NCBI RefSeq assembly: GCF_006345805.1
Contig: NC_043007.1
Coordinates: 21,142,001 to 21,206,000 of the forward strand
Length of the DNA stretch: 64,000 bases
Source of the DNA: Octopus sinensis
Lineage: Eukaryota
Direction: 5' to 3'
Position numbers and translations under genes: made by a program. The notes beneath the pieces are model-generated. The model saw only the letters and a list, made by a program, of their open reading frames with translations, made no database searches and was not told the DNA's origin. Every line of letters begins with the position of its first letter. The stretch's first letter is position 1. Below, piece by piece: positions 10,158 through 21,747 of the stretch.

Positions 10158-13100
10158 TTACGTTGTCGAGCGGTTACTGTTTACATCTTGTTCAGTGATT
10201 TATTATTGCTTAATAATTATGTATATTGTACAAAAAATATATCTGCATAAGAATGATTATAAATCAAATTTTGTTTAACTAATTCTGAGACACCTGTTCT
10301 CTCTAGAAATTTTAATATGAAAACAAGAATAGAGCAAAACCATAATTTAAAAAAAAATTTAATACAGAATTTAACTGAAAAATATTTCAAGGAGGTGTAA
10401 GGCATTTTGTTGCCATTTTGAGGAATTATCATTTCAGGTATTTTTCTTGTTTTTCTTGGATGAGCTGTAGGACTTTGATGAAAAAGCCAACAGGAATACA
10501 ATGAACAGTAAAGCAAAATACATAATGTAGGTCTGAGTCTTTGAACTTAAATGTTCCCAGGTCATCTTTGAAATGTTCATATTTGGTGAAATTATTTGTA
10601 GGATTCTTTTCTTCAGAAGCTTTCAAAAGATTGCTGTTATGGTAATCTAGAAACAAAGAAACATTTTTAAATAGCAATGGTTTATTGAAATTGTCATTTG
10701 TTTGTGTTAAATGTTTATTTCTGACTGGCACCTATGCCAGTGGGGTGCTAACAGCTCCATCCGAGCAGGATCACTGCCAGAGCAGCTATCTGGCTTCCGT
10801 GCTGGTGGGCATGTAAAAAGCACCTTTTGAGCATGATCGTTACCAGCGTCGCCTTACTGGCACTTGTGCCGGTGGTACGTGAACAAAACATTCGAGTGAG
10901 GTCGTTGCCAGTGCCGCTGGACTGACTCCTGTACAGGTGGCAAGTAAAGAAACACCGTTTCGACCCTGTGCTTGAGGAGACCTATTGAGTCAAGTACATC
11001 AACATCAAAAAATCAAATGAAAATAATCGTGCCGGTGGCACGTAAAAAGCACCCACTACATTCATGGAGTGGTTGGCGTTAGGAAATGCATCCAGCTGTA
11101 GAAACACTGCCAGATCAGACTGGAGCCTGGCGCAGCCTCCTAGCTTCCCAGACCCCAGTCGAACTGTCCAACCCATGCTAGCATGGAAAACAGACGTTAA
11201 ACGATGTTGATGATGATGACTGGCAGGGGTGTGGATGGGAATTAGTTGAGGTAGTGTTTTGTGGCTGGATGTTTTTCCTGTCACTGACCCTTGTTTTTCA
11301 TATTAAGGGATTTTTGTATTCCATTAACCTTCCAAAGTGCTGAGCGACCAGTCATAATGTCAATAAAGAAAATCAAATTCTGCCGAGGTTGACTTTGCCT
11401 TTCATCCTTTCGGGGTCGATAAATTAAGTACCAGTTACGCACTGGGGTCGATGTAATCGACTTAATCCATTTGTCTGTCCTTGTTTGTCCCCTCTGTGTG
11501 TAGCCCCTTTTGGGCAGTAAAGAAATAAGAATTGTGCTATGCAATGGGATTGACCCCAAAGCCATATGGCTGGGAAGCAAAGTTCTCAACCACAGCCATA
11601 TTCACACCTAGGGTTCCATATTTCAAAGAACAAATGAATGTATGCAAATTTAGTTAAACCGAGAAACCTTACAACACAATTCCTTGTACACTGAAAAATA
11701 TTTGCTACAAGATCTAATGATCTAATTTGATGTAATATAATTTTTACTTTGGTTTTGTATCTGGTTTGCAAGATTCTTTATGTAAATTCATGTGCTGAAA
11801 CGAATTTTGTTGCGTCTAGGGAAGGTCATTATGCCAATATGATTAACACATGCACTGGTTCAATTCCACTCCTTTATTATTAGTCAATTGGTTAAATATC
11901 CAACTAAATTATTGTTAATCCTTTCATTACCAACCCGGCTGAAACCGGCTCTGGCCCTGAAGTACAAATGTCTTGTTTTCATAAGTTTTGAATTAAAATC
12001 TTCCACCAAACCTTTAGTCACAATTTATGTTCCTAACCCTAGCTGAATGATAACTAAGTTATTTTACTAAATTCTTTGTTATATTTAAAGTAATTGAAAG
12101 AAACAGAGCATCTCAACAGAAACATGGGAACAAAAAGGTTAAAAGCACTCATGCGGGTGCCATGTAGAAGGCACTAGTGATGGGGTCACATTAACCCTTT
12201 TGATATCAACCCGGTTGAAACCACTTCTGGCTCTGAGTACAAATGTCTTGTTTTCAAAGTTTTGAATTAAAATCCTCCACCAAACCTTAGTCACAATTTA
12301 TGTTCCTACCACTAGCTTAATGATAACGAAGTTATTTTACTAAATTCTTTGTTATATTTAAAGTAATTGAAAGAAACACAGAGCTTCTCAACAGAAATAT
12401 GGTAACAAAAGGGTTAAACATCTAACAACTTTTGTCTTCTTGTAAAGATTTTGGTATTGTACATGCATTTGATAATCTTTATTTTCCCTTGGTTCTGTAA
12501 TACAAATGTCTTGTTTTCATAAGTTTTGAATTAAAATCTTCCACCAAATCTTAGTCACAATTTATGTTCCTAACACTAGCTGAATGATAACTAAGCTATT
12601 TTACTAAATTCTTTATTATATTTAACCCTTTAGTGTTCAGATTATTCTATCAAACATAATGCTTATTGATTCCCATTGATTTGAATTAATCATGCATTAT
12701 CTCATATCTTCAAGATCTTGATGGTGTAATTACTTAATGTAGAATAACATTGTAGGGTAGGTGTGAGAGCCTGGATCTGGTCAGTTTGAACATAAAACAG
12801 ATTAAATATTTTGGCCGGATATGGCCAAAGGGTTAAAGTAATTGAAAGAAACACAGAGCATCTCAAAATAAATACAGTAACGAAAGGGTTAAACTTGCAA
12901 CCAGCTCTCAAGCAGACAAACACAGTTTCTGTAAAGGACTGAGCCAAAAGTCATTAAAAAGTTTGCAAGTAGCAACAAAAAAGCTTTGACTAACAAAAAC
13001 TAAACAAACAACTGACTGTTTAATCAAATTAAACAAACAACCGATTAGTTGGATATTTAACCAATTGACTAATAGAGAAGTGAAATTGAATCAGTGCGTG

Positions 13101-13417
13101 TGTGTTAATGATATTCGCATAATGACCCTCCCTAGGCACAAGAAAAAATAATATAATTATCGAAGAAGGTAAAAAGAGAGACAATATAAAGCTTCTGACA
13201 ATGTGGAAAGTTTAATAAAATCTTTATATTTCAGATGCAAAGGTAAGTAGCTTGCTTACCAACCACATGGTTCCGGGTTCAGTCCCACTGTGTGGCACCT
13301 TGGGCAAGTGTCTTCTACTGTAGCCTCAGGCTGATTAAAGCCTTGTGTGTGGATTTGGTAGACGGAAACTGAAAGAAGCCTGTTATATATATATATATAT
13401 ATATAGATATATATATG

Positions 13418-13450
<33 letters not shown>

Positions 13451-15627
13451 ATATGTTTGTGCGTCTGTGTTTGTCCCACCCAACATCGCTTGACAACCGA
13501 TGCTGGTGTGTTTACGTCCCCGTAACTTGGTGGTTCAACAAAAAAGACCGATAGAATAAGTACTATGCTTACAAAGAATAAATCCTGGGGTCGATGTGCT
13601 CGACTAAAGGTGGTGCTCCAGCATGGCCACAGTCAAATGAATGAAACAAATAAAAGAGCAAAAGAGTATTTTGTTAAATTTTCCCCATTGTCAGAAACTT
13701 TCTATTTTCTCTCTTTTTACATTCTTTGATATGACAACGCTCCAAGCAAACTACAACGCTCTAATATAATTATATCAGTTTAGTAAAATAGTACTAATTA
13801 GTATTAATTAATTAATCTTACTCACTTGCTTTGGAAGTTTTCTCTTCACACACCGTCTGATCTGTCTGTTGTATGAATGAAGTTGTAAAACGTATATAAA
13901 TAGAATACAACTGTACTTAATTTCTTCCTGATGCTAATAATGTTGGTAATTAGACCACTAAAGAGATTAACAATTTTTCAGTTTTTTTTTAGCTTAATGT
14001 ATTTAAAAAAAAATATATATTTCAGATATGAGTCTATGATTTTTCTCTGTGAACAGATAATAATCTAAATAAATATATAGCTGTTATAAATTGTATAATT
14101 GTTGATGCGTTGGCAACAGTTGTTAATCTTAAAGTTTATCTTAATCGGTGTTCACACATCTTACTTGAACGAGTCTACTTAAGAGGAAATTTTAGTTGAA
14201 AGATATTTTAATTTCTGATGAAATCAGACTGAATTTTACTTCATTCGTCTGTCCTCAGTGAAGACGCATGGCCTTGTGGATAAGATGTTGGACTCTTGAT
14301 TAGGAGGTGGAGGTTTCGATTTGCAGACAGGGCAGTATGATGTACACTTGAGCAAAACACTTCATTTCATGTTGTTTTGATACTCTCAGTTGAAAATGAG
14401 CATCAGCTAGAGCTGGTGGTGGGGTTTGACTTTGTGATAGACTGACATTCCATGCACAGAAGGGAGGATGATATTGTTCATTTGATTGTTTATACATGGA
14501 AAGTGGGATAAGGTGTCCAACCTAATGATCTTGCAGGGTCACGACAGACCTGAGAAGTCTGTCATTGATGAGAAGCTGTTGCTTAGTTTGGAGGCATTAA
14601 TATGATTAATAATTAATTTGAATTGCTACGGGCTAATATTTGTCAGGGTGGTAAGTCAAGAATAAAGAACATTTTTATCCACATGGGGTATACAAACAAA
14701 ACTATCATTAGTTTAGAAATATTTTAAATTTCTAGGACAGAAAGGTAAACATGGCTCTGTGGTTTAGAAATTTGCTTTACAGTAACATGTTCTTAAGTTT
14801 AATCCACAGCACGAGTTTCTTCTGCTGTAGACTTGTTTGTTCCTTCTCGAGCAATGCCTGGCTCATAAGGGCCAGTTTCGCAGTTTCTTTGGCATAAAGG
14901 TTCCCCACCTGGACGAGAAGCTGGTCTGTCGCAGGTGAGCTGCAAGATGCAGGAGGAAAGAGAGAGAAAGTTGTGGCGAAAGAGTCAGCAGAAGTTTGCC
15001 ATTACCTTCTGCCGGAGCCGCATGGAGCTTAGGTGTTTTGCTCATAAACACACACATCACCCGGTCTGAGATTCAAACCCACAATACCTTGACAGCGAGT
15101 CTGCTGCTCTAACCAATAGGCCATGTGCCTCCACTTGCTGCAGACTTAGATTATCTAAAACATTGTCAGTTAAATTTGGTTGATGGTTGTATAGTGGATG
15201 ACAAAAGAATTAGTATACTGGAAAATGCCTTGTATTTCAATCCACTTTGTTGACTTAGCTGTTTATCCTCTTTTGTGTTTGTTAAAATAAATACCAAATT
15301 AATGGAATAGGAAGATTGCTATAATTGACTAAAACCCTTGAAGGTGTACATCACTTCTGTTAGAGAATAATTCTGTACTTCTGCTCATAGATTACAAATG
15401 GTCTTTTGGCAGCGAAGAGGTTAAGCCTTGCTTTCATTACTTTCTTTGCAGCATGTGTGTACCGTGTTATTTTTATGGTTTGTTTTTTAGGTGAAAATAT
15501 TGATATAAATATTACGGAGATGTACTCGCATAGCAAGTGACCTGATCTGAGATCGTGTGGAAGGTGTTTATAAGCCATTTAAGAAACACACAAAAGCCGT
15601 TAGATTCACTTCAACATTTAAATTTAA

Positions 15628-15678
15628 TTTGTCAAAATATTTTCATCGCTTTCAGACCGCGACCTGTTCACTGACAAA
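15628..15678 (-). ncRNA. Hammerhead-like motif, G3-C8 variant, second copy
   Basis: TTTGTCA GTGAACA G GTCGC GGTCTGAAA GCGAT GAAA ATATTT TGACAAA; C11.1 changed to U. Confidence 0.55.
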
Positions 15679-16390
15679 AATCCGTGCTGCATATATTTTC
15701 TATAATTAAAGTATATTTTTAATAGTTATACATCTACACTGGTTTATTCGCATGTCATAGGTGCTTGACGCCTGATAGCTTTCAAGTAATGTTAGGATGC
15801 TGGTTTACATTTAGTTTGCTTTAATTATGTTTTCTCGTTTTATGATTTGGATGTTTTAGTCAATTTTATATTATCTACATCTTTTTAAGTGGAAATCACC
15901 ACCATCATCATCATCGTTTAACGTCAGCTTTCCATGCTGGCATGGGTTGGACGATTTGACTGAGGACTGCCAAACCAGAAGGTTGCACCAGGCTCCAATC
16001 TTGATCTGGCAGAGTTTCTACAGCTGGATGCCCTTCCTAATGCCAACCACTCCGAGAGTGTAGCGGGTGCTTTTACATGCCACCAGCACAGGGCCAGTCA
16101 GGCAGTACTGGCAACGACCTCGCTCGAATGTTTTAGTTAAATATATTTTCTATAATTAAAGTTTATATTTCACAGATATTGGTCTACATGAGCTTATTCC
16201 CATGTTATGTTGTTTTAAAATAATTGAAACCTGATAGTTAAAGCGATGTTAATCTACAAGTTCATTTTAATTGTTTTCTTGTTTTAAATGTATCAAAGAC
16301 CATTAAATAACGAGGTGCATTGGTTTATGGTCTTTACTAATCTATGTTTACAGTTCTAGGTTTATTATGCCTTAGATTATTTTCAATGAA

Positions 16391-16710
16391 GGCTCGTGGC
16401 TTAGTGGTTAGGGGCATTCGGCTCATGATCGTAAGGTTGTGAGTTCAATTCCCGGCGACACGTTGTGTCCTTGAGCAAGACACTTTATTTCACGTTGCTC
16501 CAGTCCACTCAACTGGCAAAAATGAGTAGTACCAGTGTTTCAGAAGGCCAGCCTTGTCACACTCTGTGTCATGCTGAATCTCCCTGAGAACTACGTTAAG
16601 GGTACACATGTTTGTGGAGTGCTCAGCCACTTGCACATTAATTTTACGAGCAAGCTTTTCTGTCGATTGTATCAGCTGGGACCCTCGTCGTCACAACCGA
16701 CGGAGTGCTC
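16391..16710 (+). mobile_element. tRNA-derived SINE family D with TSD
   Basis: A-box tggcttagtgg and B-box gagttcaattcc; 14-bp TSD cttagattattttc at 16371-16384 and 16711-16724; relatives at 18168-18381, 9330-9640, 37030-37360(-), 62355-62690. Confidence 0.8.
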
Positions 16711-17889
16711 CTTAGATTATTTTCCATTTTGTGTACTTCCAGCATTTTCAACTATGTTCAGTAAGTAGTTTACTATTTCATTTTAATGATCTTTAGTTGT
16801 GTTTCCTGCATTTTATTTTATGTGCTTCCTAGCTAGATGTATGTAACAATATATATTTGAGATTTTAAGTTTGTATTTGAAACAATAAGCTGGTGTTGAC
16901 ATAATGTGTTAATGTTTCACTCTTGCTTCTTGTCTTGTCTAGTAATTCCCAGGAAGTGTTTAGTTTTTCATGCTGTTGACACTGCTGGATTGAATGGTAG
17001 TCTAGATGTCGAAACTATGATGTTTTCTGTTCGCCAGCTGAAGATGGGTGGATATATTTGATGTTCTTGCTGAGTAAGAACCTTTTGTATCACATGTTCT
17101 CATGGTTCTAAAGTTGTCTTGCATGGTTAATCTTGTTGAGGGAGTTCTTAGTATATAGTGGTTTTGTTCTACATACATTATACCATTAACTGATTCTGCA
17201 CAATCGTCCTTCATTGGGATTCTAATTCTGGTAAGAGTAATACTTATTTATGGAGATTTTATAGCTCACACCTGTGCGTTAGCTATGTAGAGTATCATTA
17301 AGAACGAGATCCTTTACTGGTTGTACATTAAAAATAAATAGTTATCCTTTTATACTGAGACAGAAAGAATTCAAAGGTGGCGAGCTGGTAGAATTGTTAG
17401 CATGCTGGGCGAAATACTTAGTGGTATTTTGTCTGCTGCTACGTTCTGAGTTCAAATTCCACCAAGGTCGACTTTGTCTTTCATCCTTTCGGGGTCGATA
17501 AATTAAGTACCAATTACGCACTGGGGTCGATATAATTGATTTAATCTGTTTGTCTCCTCTGTGTTTAGCCCCTTGTGGGTAGCAAAGAAATAGGTATTTC
17601 ATCTGCTGCTACGTTCTGAGTTCAAATTTCGCCGAGGTCAACTTTGTCTTTCATCCTTTTGGGGTCGATTAAATAAGTACTACTTATGCACTGGAGTCAA
17701 TATAATTGACTTAATCCGTTTGTCTGTCCCCTCTGTGTGTAGCCCCTTGTGGGCAATAAAGAAATAAGAAAGAATTCAACTCTGACAGAGAACGGAGTAC
17801 AGCATTCAGTGCCATAAAACACTTACCAAACAGGTAAAAGTGTCGTACTTCTACTGTGGGGTCTTTAGAACACAGAAACCATCAAGAAT

Positions 17890-18570
17890 TTAAAAGAAGC
17901 TGCTGCAACTACATCGGATCTTTAAATAAAGGGAACAAATGCTTTGGATATTTTAATTGATTCATAAATATGTAATGGAAGCTTGGAAAATATGACCACA
18001 CAAAGGTTGAAGGCATTCCACTAAAGTTGCCTATGCAGAATACTCAAGATCAGCTACAGGAACAAAATCACAAACTCTGAAATCTTGAGATAAGCCAATC
18101 CGTGCAGCCTGCAGGAGACTGTGTTTACAGTTCTAGCTTTATTATTCCTTAGATTATTTTCTATCTAGGCATGTGGCTTAGTGGTTAGGGGCATTCGGCT
18201 CATGAGTTCAATTCCCGGAGGTGTGTTGTGTCCTTGAGCAAGACTCTTTATTTCACGTTGCTCCAGTTCACTCAGCTGGCAAAAATGAGTCGTACCTGTA
18301 TTTTAAAGGGCCAGCCTTGTCACACACTGCGTCTCGCTGAATCTCCCCAAGAACTACGTTAAGGGTACACGTGTCTGTGGAATGAATACTTAAGATAGCT
18401 AAGCAATGGGTACCATCACAGGGCTGAAGGAAGAGAGGAGATCCTAGAAGACATGGTATACCATCCTCAAAGAAGAGTTGAAGCAACTTAGCATCATCTA
18501 GTAAGATGCAGGTGATATGCTCAAAAACAGGATCATTGGAGACCTGTTGCTATCTAATGTACAGGAAGAT
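17890..18570 (+). mobile_element. Degenerate RTE-clade LINE 3' remnant interrupted by a SINE
   Basis: LKAFH*SCLCRILKISYRNKITNSEILR (from 18007) and WVPSQG*RKRGDPRR / WYTILKEELKQL (about 18407-18490), typical RTE ORF C-terminal motifs with stops and a frameshift. Confidence 0.7.
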
Positions 18571-18678
18571 CGAAGACTATGACCCCTAGAGTATCTTTTG
18601 CCTATAGGATCACATTTCACAATGATTACTCAAATTTGGTATTGTAAAATCAGGTGAAATTTTTTTCCTTTTAATCAT

Positions 18679-19075
18679 ACTAGCAGTATCACCCGGTGTT
18701 GCTTGGGTTTGTTTTCTTTTCAACCCTTTAGAATAGGAATTTTTGAAAAGTAAAAAATTTGCATTATGTAGCTTGTTATTCTCTTTAAGTGAACATTTTT
18801 CTGGTTGAAATACACCGAAAAATGGTGACACAGCAGTCAAAAAATCGTAAAAAATAGGGATTTTAATAGAAAAAAGCACCTTTTTTATGTAAATATTTTT
18901 TGGTGTTAACATGGTCCAATTTGAATTTTTTTCTTCTACGGAAGGAATAGCAAGCCTTCTATCATACTCTCAATTTTGGTCAACTTGCACCGCAGGGTCT
19001 CAGAGGAGATAGTGTTAGTTGAAGGCTACCAAACCTGCTATACACAGACAACTTCAACTTTATATATAGACAGAT
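18679..19075 (+). mobile_element. Helentron/DINE-1-type non-autonomous element (HINE-like)
   Basis: Starts actagcagtatcacccggtgttgc and ends cacagacaacttcaactttatatataga, the recalled HINE end pattern. Confidence 0.6.
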
Positions 19076-20724
19076 TTAAATGTTATATTCTTGCAAGAAC
19101 CCAAATTATTTTGCTTAAAATTATTTAACTGCACCTGTTCAATTGAAGAATATTTACCTGAAATAGGGAAAAATGTTTTGTTTTCAAAGTGTATTTCCTC
19201 AACTGCCTTGTGTTTTCCAAATATGGATATTTGCATATTAACTGTCAAAGTAATTCTAGTAACAAATTAAAACCAAAGACTAAAGGAAATTAAGTGGTCT
19301 GCATTGGCAGATGTTAGTTATCCTCTGCTTGTTTCAGCTACTAGACTGTGGCCATGCTGGGGCAGTCTTGAAGGGCTTAGTTCAATGGTCCACAAAGGTA
19401 GTACTGGTCATCTGTGACTATATTAAGCTGACAGACCTTTGAATATCCTGGAGTCCATGGGAAAACTCATTTAAATAAAAGGGGTCCTGGAAGTGAAACG
19501 GTTGGGAACCACTGGCTTAGTTGAACAAACCAACTCCCAGTACTTATTATATTGGTCTCTTTTGTCAAACTGCTAAGTTATGGGGGTTGTGAAGAAACCA
19601 ACAGCAGATGTCAAGCAGTGGTGGGGGACAACACAAACTCAAACACACACACAAGTTTCTTCAGTTTCCTTCTACCAAATTCACTCACAAGGCATTGGTC
19701 AGCCTAGGGCTATGAAAGAAGACATTTGCCTAAGGGGCTGTGCAATAGGATTGAACCAGAAACCACATAGCTGCAAAGTGAGCCTCTTAATCACACAGGA
19801 ACGAACCTGTAACAAAGTTTGTTGGGAGACATGGATTCTAATATTTTGGGCAAAGTCCTTTATTATTTCGCTCTGAAGAAGGAAAGGTTCTGTTTGCAAA
19901 TGAGGATCGTCGTTGTCGTTTAATGTCCACCTTCCATGCTAGCATGGGTGGGACCAGGTGTAGTAATAAGAGGAGGAGACAACACATCTGTGGGCTGGCA
20001 CTTGCAGAGACTTTGTTAATCATCCAGATGGCCCTTTTATTCCCTTTTTTTTAAATGTAGTCCAAGTTACTTTTTTTTTTTGCTAACAAACACATTATAT
20101 AACTGGTAAAGTGTAAGAAAACCAAGTAAAATGCTTTCAATATATCAATATATATTTTTTCTTTTTTTACTTGTTTCAGTTATTAGACTGTGGCCATGCT
20201 GGGGCATCACCTTCAAGGGTTAAGTCAAACAAATCGACTCCAGTACTTCTCTTTTTTGAAGTCAGATACTTATTCTGTTGGTCTCTTTTGTTGAACCACT
20301 AAGTTACATTGGATAATGTGGTCTTAGAGGAGGAAAGCAAATTGCAGGCATGGCCAAATAGTTAAGAAATTTGCTTTGCAATTATGAGTTACTAGCTTTG
20401 ATTCCACTTTGGATAAGTATGTTGTACCATAGACTTGGTCAGCTAAACCGTTGTAAGACTGGGTAGAAAAAATTAGCACAGGTGGTCACTGGTTGGATTG
20501 TACCAGCCTTGTGAAATATTAGATCATACTGGTTCTGCCTGAGGATTATATCAAAGATACAAGTGTCTGTGGAAAGCTCAGCTTCTGACATGTTCACTGA
20601 ATTTAGTTTATGGAACTGGAATATTCACTTCTGAAAATGGCTTAAAAGAAATTCATAGCTGCTATAACTCCTGATCATAAGTCTGCTCAATTACAGCTGA
20701 TTTGAAATTAAATTTTACTAATAA

Positions 20725-21096
20725 ACTAGCAGTATAGCCCGGCGTTACTCAGGTTTGTTTCGACCCTTTAGAATTGGAATTTTTGAAAAGTGAAAATTTT
20801 GCATTATGTAGCTTGTTATTCTCTTTTAAATGAACATTTTTCTGGTTGAAATACACCGAAAAAGGACGACACAGCAGTCAAAAAATCATAAAAATTAGGG
20901 ATTTTCATAGAAAAAAAAGCATCTTTTTGTTGTAAATAATTTTTGGTGTTAACATGGTCCAATTTGAATTTTTCTTCTACGGAAAGAAGAGCAAGCCTTC
21001 TGTCATACTCTCAATTTTGGTCAACTTGCGCCGCAGGGTCTCGGAGGATATAGTTTACGTTGCCACACAGACAACTTCAGCTTTATATATAGAGAT
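20725..21096 (+). mobile_element. Second HINE-like copy
   Basis: Colinear and highly similar to 18679-19075. Confidence 0.6.
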
Positions 21097-21519
21097 TTCC
21101 GTTGAAATACACTGATTGCTTCTGTTTCAATTAATTTTGAAAATAATGAAGAATTTGGTAAACCAACTTTGTCATCATTAAGCTGGTGTTTGGAATATAA
21201 ATTAACATAAAAATATTTTCATGGCAGGATTTTTTTCCTCTTTTATTTTTTTTCCTTCATTTAGATTGATTTAAATCATGAAATTCATGTTGTAGAATTA
21301 AAACTGGTTTCGAGTCAGGGATTAGCATTAAAAGGGTTCCACAACAATATCATTAAGGGAATTTCTACTCAAAGGAGCAACACTCTCAAAGTTGATACCA
21401 TCTTGTGCCAGCACAATTAATTTAAAAAATAACGAAGGATTCATTAAAATAACTTGTTTTGAATATGAATTAATATAAAAATTTTCATTTTTTAAAATTC
21501 CTTCCTTGTTTAGACTGCT

Positions 21520-21747
21520 TTAACCCTTTTGATACCAACCTGGCTGAAACCGTCTCTGACTTTGTAGTACAAATGCCTTGTTTTCAAAAATTCTGAATTA
21601 AAATCTCCCACCAAACCTTAGACACAATTTATATTCCTAACACTAGCTGAATGATAACTAAGTTATTTTACTAAATTCTTTGTTATATTTAAAATTAATT
21701 GAAAGAAACAGAGTATCTCAACAGATATATGGTAATGAAAGGGTTAA
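21520..21747. mobile_element. TTAA-flanked (piggyBac-like) MITE family E, representative copy
   Basis: TTAA-CCCTTT...AAAGGG-TTAA; other copies near 5946-6170, 11915-12140, 12192-12417, 12490-12890, 36010-36236, 44478-44550 (partial), 48915-49822. Confidence 0.75.

Noticed and set aside
13235-13242. 8-nt micro-exon ATGCAAAG between ttcag and gtaagt
   Set aside because: The donor is supplied by the head of a truncated SINE A copy, and no partner exons were identified.
17002-17214. 70-aa minus-strand ORF in non-repetitive-looking sequence
   Set aside because: No recognisable motif or convincing splice context; may be a decayed element.
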